Translations under genes and position numbers: made by a program | The notes under the pieces: generated by a model | The model's input: the letters and a program-made list of their open reading frames with translations, nothing else | Told to the model about the DNA's origin: nothing | The model's database searches: none | Origin: a virus | Lineage: Duplodnaviria > Heunggongvirae > Uroviricota > Caudoviricetes | Virus record (IMG/VR): IMGVR_UViG_2617270974_000008 | Location: 1 to 47,725 of that record | DNA length: 47,725 nt | Reading direction: 5' to 3' (one strand) | Shown here: piece by piece, positions 42,965 through 47,725 of the stretch | Layout of the letters: every line of letters begins with the position of its first letter | Numbering within the stretch: position 1 is the stretch's first letter

Positions 42965-43526
42965 TTCACCCTCCTGAGGGTTGGTGATTAAGGAGTTCTC
43001 CACGGGTGAGGTGGAGTGCGTGCGCCGGACACGGGTGAGCATCCGGCACTGACAGTTTACTGAAAGGATATTTCCCTGAAAAGTCAGACCATAACGCGAA
43101 AGCGCACGGCGAGGTAGCTGGTTCATAGATAGCCTGTCGTTAAATTTTCGTCGACCGTGCGCTTCCGGTTGTGGCAATCCGCGAAATGGCGCGGCGGTAA
43201 GTATGGCGGGGTTATTCCTTCCCCCGTTGAGGACACCGGGTTGTCAGGTTGACCATACGCTTAAGTGACAACCCCGCTGCAACGCCCTCTGTTATCAATT
43301 TTCTGGTGACGTTTGGCGGTATCAGTTTTACTCCGTGACTGCTCTGCCGCCCTTTTTAAAGTGAATTTTGTGATGTGGTGAATGCGGCTGAGCGCACACG
43401 GAACAGTTAAAACCAAAAACAGTGTTATGGGTGGATTCTCTGTATCCGGCGTTAATTGTTAACTGGTTAACGTCACCTGGAGGCACCAGGCACCGCATCA
43501 CAAAACTCATTGTTGAGGGCGCGATA

Positions 43527-43715
43527 ATGAAAACGTTATTACCAAACGTTAATACGTCTGAAGGTTGTTTTGAAATTGGTGTCACTATCAGTAATCCTGT
43601 ATTTACTGAAGAGGCCATTAACAAAAGAAAACACGAACGGGAGTTATTAAATAAAGTATGCATTGTTTCAATGCTGGCCCGTTTACGTCTGATGCCAAAA
43701 GGATGTGCACAATGA
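43527..43715 (+). CDS. Small hypothetical early protein
   Basis: ORF 43422..43715; start at MKTLLPNVNTSEG (ATG 43527, GAGGG SD); stop overlaps next ATG. Confidence 0.4.
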   Translation: MKTLLPNVNTSEGCFEIGVTISNPVFTEEAINKRKHERELLNKVCIVSMLARLRLMPKGCAQ

Positions 43716-43903
43716 ATCCAGTATTTGCACTTATTCTGACGGTTTTTCTTGTTTCCGGAGAGCCAGTTGATATTGCAGTCAGTGTTCACAGAACAATGCA
43801 GGAATGTATGGCAGCAGCAACCGAACAGAAAATTCCAGGCAACTGTTATCCGGTCGATAAAGTTATTCACCAGGATAATAACGAAATCCCGGCAGGATTT
43901 TAA
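43712..43903 (+). CDS. Small hypothetical protein with N-terminal hydrophobic/signal-like segment
   Basis: ORF 43658..43903; start at MNPVFALILTVFLVSGEP (ATG 43712, AGGA SD). Confidence 0.45.
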   Translation: MNPVFALILTVFLVSGEPVDIAVSVHRTMQECMAAATEQKIPGNCYPVDKVIHQDNNEIPAGF

Positions 43904-43996
43904 AACAGCACCGTAATAAATATCCAGTTTCATTCTTATATGTCAGCAATGGCAGAGATTTGTTCACCCTTAAATCTGTGATGAGGTTTATCAATA

Positions 43997-46438
43997 ATGA
44001 GCACTGATAAAGAAGAATTTGCACTATATTGCGAAGCAAAAAATGACAAAGTAAGAAAACGCCTAGGAATTAAAGGTGGTTTTTACTGGACTACAGCAAA
44101 AAAATTATCTGTTGCAATCTCCCGCTGCATTACCGCAATGGATGACAACGATTATGATGAAGACGACTTTAAAAAACCCGTCCGCGTCAATTTGCCCGTT
44201 GTTGACGACCTTCCGCCAGAAGGCGTGTTTGATACTGAATTCTGCAACCGCTATGAAAAAGGCGGGAAAGATGGCATCACAATGACATTTATCGGCCCTT
44301 CCCCCTCTGTTCAGGACAAATCAGCCAGCACTGATAATACCAACATCAACGGCGAAGACATGACTGAGATTGAGGAGAGCATGCTTCTACCTGTCTCCGG
44401 TCAGGAACTGCCCATTCGTTGGCTTGCTCAACACGGCAGCGAAAAACCAGTAACGCACGTTTCACGCGACGAACTCCAGGCATTACACATTGCACGGGCT
44501 GAAGAACTACCGGCTGTTACTGCCCTGGCTATTTCGCATAAAACCAGTCTGCTCGACTCGCTGGAGATTCGCGACCTCCACAAACTGGTTCGTGACACTG
44601 ACAAAGTTTTCCCTAATCCTGGTAATTCAGACCTGGGACTAATAACTGCTTTTTTCGAAGCATACCTGGACGCTGACTACACTGATCGGGGTCTGCTGAC
44701 AAAAGAGTGGATGAAAGGAAATCGTGTTTCACGCATCACCCGCACGGCTTCCGGTGCTAATGCTGGCGGTGGGAACAAAACCGATCGCAATCCGAATTTA
44801 GTACACACCCTCGACACACTGGATGTGGAGATTGCAGCAGCCACACTTCCGATGGATTTTAATATTTATGAAATTCCGGGCAGCGTTTATCGTCGCGCAA
44901 AAGAAGTAGTCCTGAAAAAAGAAAGTCCGTTCAAAGAATGGTCCGCAGCACTTCGTGCAACCCCGGGTATTCTGGACTATTCCCGCGCCGCTATTTTTGC
45001 ACTTATCCGAAGCGCACACCCTGAATTTTATCACTACCCGGGACGCCTTCAGGGGTATATCAACGCCTATTTGACGGAAACTGATCACGAGAACCCCAGC
45101 AAGGAAACTCTCACAGCTGCCCGGCATACGCCGGAAAAAGATATCCTGGAAGAAATTAACCGCGAGGTGGTTACTGAGCGTGAAACAGAAGAAGAAAAAC
45201 CACAACCATCTGACGCAATGGCAGGTGAACAGGCAACAACTGAAACAATGGAACCGGATACAACTGAACATTGCCAGAACGCGCAGTCGCTGGATGCTCA
45301 GTCGCAGGTGAGTTCCGCTAACCAAGTAAAAGTCACCGCTGACGAAGTAAACAAAATTATGCAGGCAGCCAATATCAGCCAGCCTGACGCCGATAAGTTA
45401 CTTGCTGTATCGCGTGGTGAATTTGTTGAGGGGATTAGCGACCCTAATGATCCGAAATGGGTCAAGGGGATCCAGACTCGCGATTCTGTGAACCAGAACC
45501 AGCATGAATCGGAACGGAACGACCAAAAAGCGGAACAAAACAGCCCAAATGCGTTACAAAACGAGCCAGAAACGAAACAATCCGAACCAGTAGCGCAACA
45601 GGAACCGGAAAAAGTCTGCACCGCCTGCGGTCAGAGCGGTGGCGGCAACTGCCCTGATTGTGGCGCGGTGATGGGCGACGCAACATACCAGAAAACATTC
45701 GATGAAGAGAATCAGGTTGAAGTTCAGGAAAATGATCCGGAGGAAATGGAAGGCGCTGAACATCCACACAAGGAGAATGCTGGCAGCGCTCAGGACCACG
45801 CCAGCGATAGTAAAACTGGCGAGACGGCAGATCCCTTAATTACGGTGAATGGTCATCACGAAATCACATCCACCAGCAGGACGTGTGACCATCTAATGAT
45901 CGACCTTGAAACCATGGGAAAAAATCCTGATGCCCCGATCATCTCAATAGGTGCAATATTTTTCGATCCGCAAACCGGAGATATGGGACCGGAATTTAGT
46001 AAGACTATCGATCTGGAAACTGCTGGCGGAGTCATTGATCGGGACACCATTAAATGGTGGCTTAAGCAATCACGCGAAGCGCAATCTGCCATTATGACCG
46101 ATGAAATCCCGTTAGATGATGCACTGTTACAATTGCGGGAATTTATCGACGAAAACTCCGGTGAATTTTTTGTTCAGGTCTGGGGAAATGGAGCCAACTT
46201 CGACAACACGATTTTGCGCCGTTCATACGAACGGCAGGGGATCCCCTGCCCGTGGCGTTACTACAACGATCGCGATGTACGCACAATCGTTGAGCTGGGG
46301 AAAGCCATAGACTTCGATGCCAGAACGGCTATTCCATTCGAAGGTGAGCGCCATAATGTACTTGATGACGCTCGTTACCAGGCAAAATACGTTTCAGCTA
46401 TCTGGCAAAAACTGATCCCGAGTCAGGCTGATTTTTAA
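43997..46438 (+). CDS. RecE-like large early protein with C-terminal DnaQ-like DEDDh 3'-5' exonuclease domain
   Basis: 813 aa; C-terminal Exo [10 protein letters not shown], Exo [11 protein letters not shown], Exo [12 protein letters not shown]; CTACG...CPDCG zinc ribbon; acidic linkers; lies between immunity region and xis-int. Confidence 0.8.
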   Translation: MSTDKEEFALYCEAKNDKVRKRLGIKGGFYWTTAKKLSVAISRCITAMDDNDYDEDDFKKPVRVNLPVVDDLPPEGVFDTEFCNRYEKGGKDGITMTFIGPSPSVQDKSASTDNTNINGEDMTEIEESMLLPVSGQELPIRWLAQHGSEKPVTHVSRDELQALHIARAEELPAVTALAISHKTSLLDSLEIRDLHKLVRDTDKVFPNPGNSDLGLITAFFEAYLDADYTDRGLLTKEWMKGNRVSRITRTASGANAGGGNKTDRNPNLVHTLDTLDVEIAAATLPMDFNIYEIPGSVYRRAKEVVLKKESPFKEWSAALRATPGILDYSRAAIFALIRSAHPEFYHYPGRLQGYINAYLTETDHENPSKETLTAARHTPEKDILEEINREVVTERETEEEKPQPSDAMAGEQATTETMEPDTTEHCQNAQSLDAQSQVSSANQVKVTADEVNKIMQAANISQPDADKLLAVSRGEFVEGISDPNDPKWVKGIQTRDSVNQNQHESERNDQKAEQNSPNALQNEPETKQSEPVAQQEPEKVCTACGQSGGGNCPDCGAVMGDATYQKTFDEENQVEVQENDPEEMEGAEHPHKENAGSAQDHASDSKTGETADPLITVNGHHEITSTSRTCDHLMIDLETMGKNPDAPIISIGAIFFDPQTGDMGPEFSKTIDLETAGGVIDRDTIKWWLKQSREAQSAIMTDEIPLDDALLQLREFIDENSGEFFVQVWGNGANFDNTILRRSYERQGIPCPWRYYNDRDVRTIVELGKAIDFDARTAIPFEGERHNVLDDARYQAKYVSAIWQKLIPSQADF

Positions 46439-46496
46439 TGTTCAACCCTAATTGCCGCTAACCGTATATAGTTAGCGGCGGTTATGAGATATAGCT

Positions 46497-46700
46497 ATGA
46501 GCAGCTTATTTTTAACCGAAGATGAATTGCTAATATTAACGGGCTGCAAATATGCAAGCCACCAGCGAAAATGGTTAATGGAAAACGGGCTTCCGTTCTA
46601 TACCAATCGTAGTGGCAAACCGATTGTCAGCCGGGATCTATTTACCTGCAATAAAACTTTACCACCACGCGAGGTAGAGCCGAATTTTGGTGCGATCTGA
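46497..46700 (+). CDS. xis: Excisionase-like protein (DUF4224-type)
   Basis: 67 aa; stop overlaps int ATG (TGATG); family from memory. Confidence 0.55.
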   Translation: MSSLFLTEDELLILTGCKYASHQRKWLMENGLPFYTNRSGKPIVSRDLFTCNKTLPPREVEPNFGAI

Positions 46701-47725
46701 TGGGAAGACGAAGGAAAAATCCTGAACACGAAAAATTACCTCCAAATGTATACCCAAATAAATATAGTTATGTATGGAAACCAACATCCAGAGAATCTGT
46801 AACACTAACCGCCATCAAGGATGGTTTAGCTGCTTTATGGAAAAAGTATGAGGAAACTGTAAATAATCGCGATCGTGCAATGACATTCGGTCGCTTGTGG
46901 GAAAAATTCCTCGCCAGCGCCTATTACAGTGACCTCAGTCCAAGAACACAAAAAGATTATCTGCAACATCAAAAAAAGTTGCTTGCCGTATTCGGTAAGG
47001 TGCCGGCAGATTCCATAAAACCAGAACACATCCGTCGATACATGGACAAGAGAGGGGAACAGAGTAAAACGCAAGCCAACCATGAAAAAAGCAGTATGTC
47101 CCGCGTTTACAGTTGGGGGTATGAGCGAGGGTACGTGAAGGCTAACCCATGTGCAGGTGTAAGTAAATTCAAGGCCAAAAACCGCGAACGATATGTAACC
47201 GACAAAGAATACCAGGCAGTATTAAGCGTTGCACCTCTTCCTGTTTTTATCGCAATGGAAATTGCCTATCTGTGTGCAGCGAGGGTTTCCGATGTGTTAT
47301 CGCTGAAATGGGAGCAGATTGGAAACGACGGGATCTTTATCCAGCAAGGGAAAACAGGAAAAAAACAGATAAAAGCATGGAGTCCACGATTACAGGCGGC
47401 GATCGAAAAAGCAAAACAGTTACCAACATCCGCCTATGTAATCAGCAATCAATACGGCAACCGATATATGTACAAAGGCTTTAACGAAATGTGGGTAGAA
47501 GCAAGAAATCGCGCAGGCAAAATTTCAGGTATTTTAACCGACTTCACCTTTCATGATCTGAAGGCGAAAGGAATTTCAGACTATGAAGGAAGCAGTCGGG
47601 ATAAGCAACTTTTCTCTGGTCACAAAACCGAGGGGCAAGTGCTAATCTATGACAGGAAGGTTAAAGTTTCACCGACACTTGATGTCCCGTTACCTGAAAA
47701 TATTCCAAGAAAATATTCCAAGTAA
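46700..47725 (+). CDS. int: Tyrosine integrase (lambda Int family)
   Basis: 341 aa; MGRRR N-terminus as lambda Int; C-terminal H-x-L-K ... GHK ... Y catalytic residues; stop at window end. Confidence 0.9.
   Translation: MGRRRKNPEHEKLPPNVYPNKYSYVWKPTSRESVTLTAIKDGLAALWKKYEETVNNRDRAMTFGRLWEKFLASAYYSDLSPRTQKDYLQHQKKLLAVFGKVPADSIKPEHIRRYMDKRGEQSKTQANHEKSSMSRVYSWGYERGYVKANPCAGVSKFKAKNRERYVTDKEYQAVLSVAPLPVFIAMEIAYLCAARVSDVLSLKWEQIGNDGIFIQQGKTGKKQIKAWSPRLQAAIEKAKQLPTSAYVISNQYGNRYMYKGFNEMWVEARNRAGKISGILTDFTFHDLKAKGISDYEGSSRDKQLFSGHKTEGQVLIYDRKVKVSPTLDVPLPENIPRKYSK

Noticed and set aside
43328-43933. 201-aa minus-strand ORF
   Set aside because: Cys-rich implausible translation, antisense to two coupled plus-strand small genes with good SDs.
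44798-45799. Minus-strand ORFs (175, 107, 101, 81 aa) inside the RecE-like gene
   Set aside because: Antisense to a long well-supported ORF; Cys/Phe-rich low-complexity translations.

Overview
The window is almost entirely one near-complete lambdoid prophage of about 46 kb, read by eye from the sequence and the ORF track (no searches were run). Late genes are on the minus strand and the integration module is on the plus strand at the right edge. From left to right: a Mn-catalase gene (host flank or terminal moron); a tail-fibre cluster (fibre with a C-terminal chaperone domain, mosaic Stf, Lom); a lambda-like tail and head module (J, I, K, L, M, H, G/T with the -1 frameshift site, V, U, Z, FII, FI, E, D, C/Nu3, B, W, A, Nu1) ending at a lambda-type cosN; small morons (YnfO-like, DUF1398, Rha); a phage-21-type lysis cassette (pinholin, SAR endolysin, Rz/Rz1); an AT-rich moron patch; three tRNA genes; a late promoter/terminator pair and Q antiterminator; a nin-like region (RusA, DUF968); replication genes (O-like with internal iterons, DnaC-like); a Rac-like immunity region (YdaT-like, YdaS-like, RacR-like repressor with palindromic operators on both sides); a RecE-like protein whose C-terminus carries DEDDh 3'-5' exonuclease motifs; and xis-int. 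The strongest candidate for an undescribed system is an AT-rich two-gene insert in the nin region: a GHKL ATPase fused to a PD-(D/E)xK-like nuclease motif, translationally coupled to a complete C5-cytosine methyltransferase. Lambda gene assignments rest on recalled protein sequences. Coordinates of non-ORF features were counted by eye and may be off by a few nt; my reading at the G/T junction disagreed with the ORF track by one base.
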